A stretch of DNA of 64,000 nt from an uncultured Methanomicrobiaceae archaeon (GTDB lineage Archaea > Halobacteriota > Methanomicrobia > Methanomicrobiales > Methanoculleaceae), in contig CAWGXH010000004.1 of assembly GCA_963826525.1 (NCBI GenBank), forward strand, positions 1,216,001 through 1,280,000, written 5' to 3'. How positions within the stretch are numbered: position 1 is the stretch's first letter; the number at the start of each line of letters is the position of its first letter. The translations under genes and the position numbers were made by a program. A model generated the notes under the pieces. It was given only the letters and a program-made list of their open reading frames with translations. It was not told where the DNA came from and ran no database searches. Below are positions 63,795 to 64,000 of this stretch, piece by piece.

Positions 63795-64000
63795 ATGCGA
63801 GTCTGGAAATTCGGCGACGATATCGATACGGATGCAATCATCCCGGGCAGGTTCCTGACGATCTACGACGAGAAGGAACTCGCAGAGCACGTCTTTGAGG
63901 GAATACGCGACGAGCTTCGCGCAACCGTCGCGGAAGGCGACATACTCGTCGCCGGCAATAACTTCGGGTGCGGGTCGTCCCGTGAACACGCTCCCCTCGC
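63795..64000 (+). CDS. leuD: 3-isopropylmalate dehydratase small subunit (3'-truncated by the window)
   Basis: [25 protein letters not shown]...[12 protein letters not shown]; lacks the YLRT loop of HacB. Confidence 0.85.
   Translation, partial: MRVWKFGDDIDTDAIIPGRFLTIYDEKELAEHVFEGIRDELRATVAEGDILVAGNNFGCGSSREHAPL

Noticed and set aside
1-64000. CRISPR arrays, rRNA, transposases, integrases, inteins, tRNA introns
   Set aside because: No spaced direct repeats, rRNA signatures, DDE or tyrosine-recombinase motifs, or intein-sized insertions were seen by eye. Both tRNAs are intronless.
62541-64000. Homoaconitase (hacAB, coenzyme B pathway) assignment
   Set aside because: The small-subunit loop reads GRFLTIY rather than the HacB-type YLRT, so isopropylmalate isomerase is preferred. 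This is not fully excluded without phylogeny.

Overview
Archaeal chromosomal segment of high GC. Gene content and order point to a Methanomicrobiales (Methanoculleus-like) methanogen; this is inferred, not searched. Most of the window is housekeeping: tRNA-Phe(GAA), tRNA-Arg(UCU), metG, leuS, PINA, hisI, a type IV pilus ATPase/TadC locus, class II RNR, cobQ, xseAB, purN, the conserved rnp4-rps19e-rpl39e-rpl31e-aIF6-rpl18a-pfdA-ftsY-srp54-trmY-pus10-rpl21e-rpoF-rsmA superoperon, mutL/mutS and leuC/D. About 25-30 frameshifts interrupt genes, including essential ones. Nearly all are single-base insertions, which most likely reflects consensus error rather than decay. The standout is an accessory block at about 46.8-57.9 kb. 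It carries a molybdo/tungstopterin oxidoreductase-cysteine desulfurase fusion followed by an EgtD-type histidine methyltransferase, i.e. an oxygen-independent, metallopterin-dependent ergothioneine pathway. A divergent putative regulator, a flavodoxin and a structured spacer flank it. The best candidate for something undescribed is a perfectly stacked four-way-junction RNA fold at 9211-9317. Other leads are an RHH/coiled-coil/WxFW protein, a MetE-like pseudo-enzyme sharing a promoter with metG, and an orphan methyltransferase next to tRNA-Phe. All calls come from reading motifs; no database searches were run.
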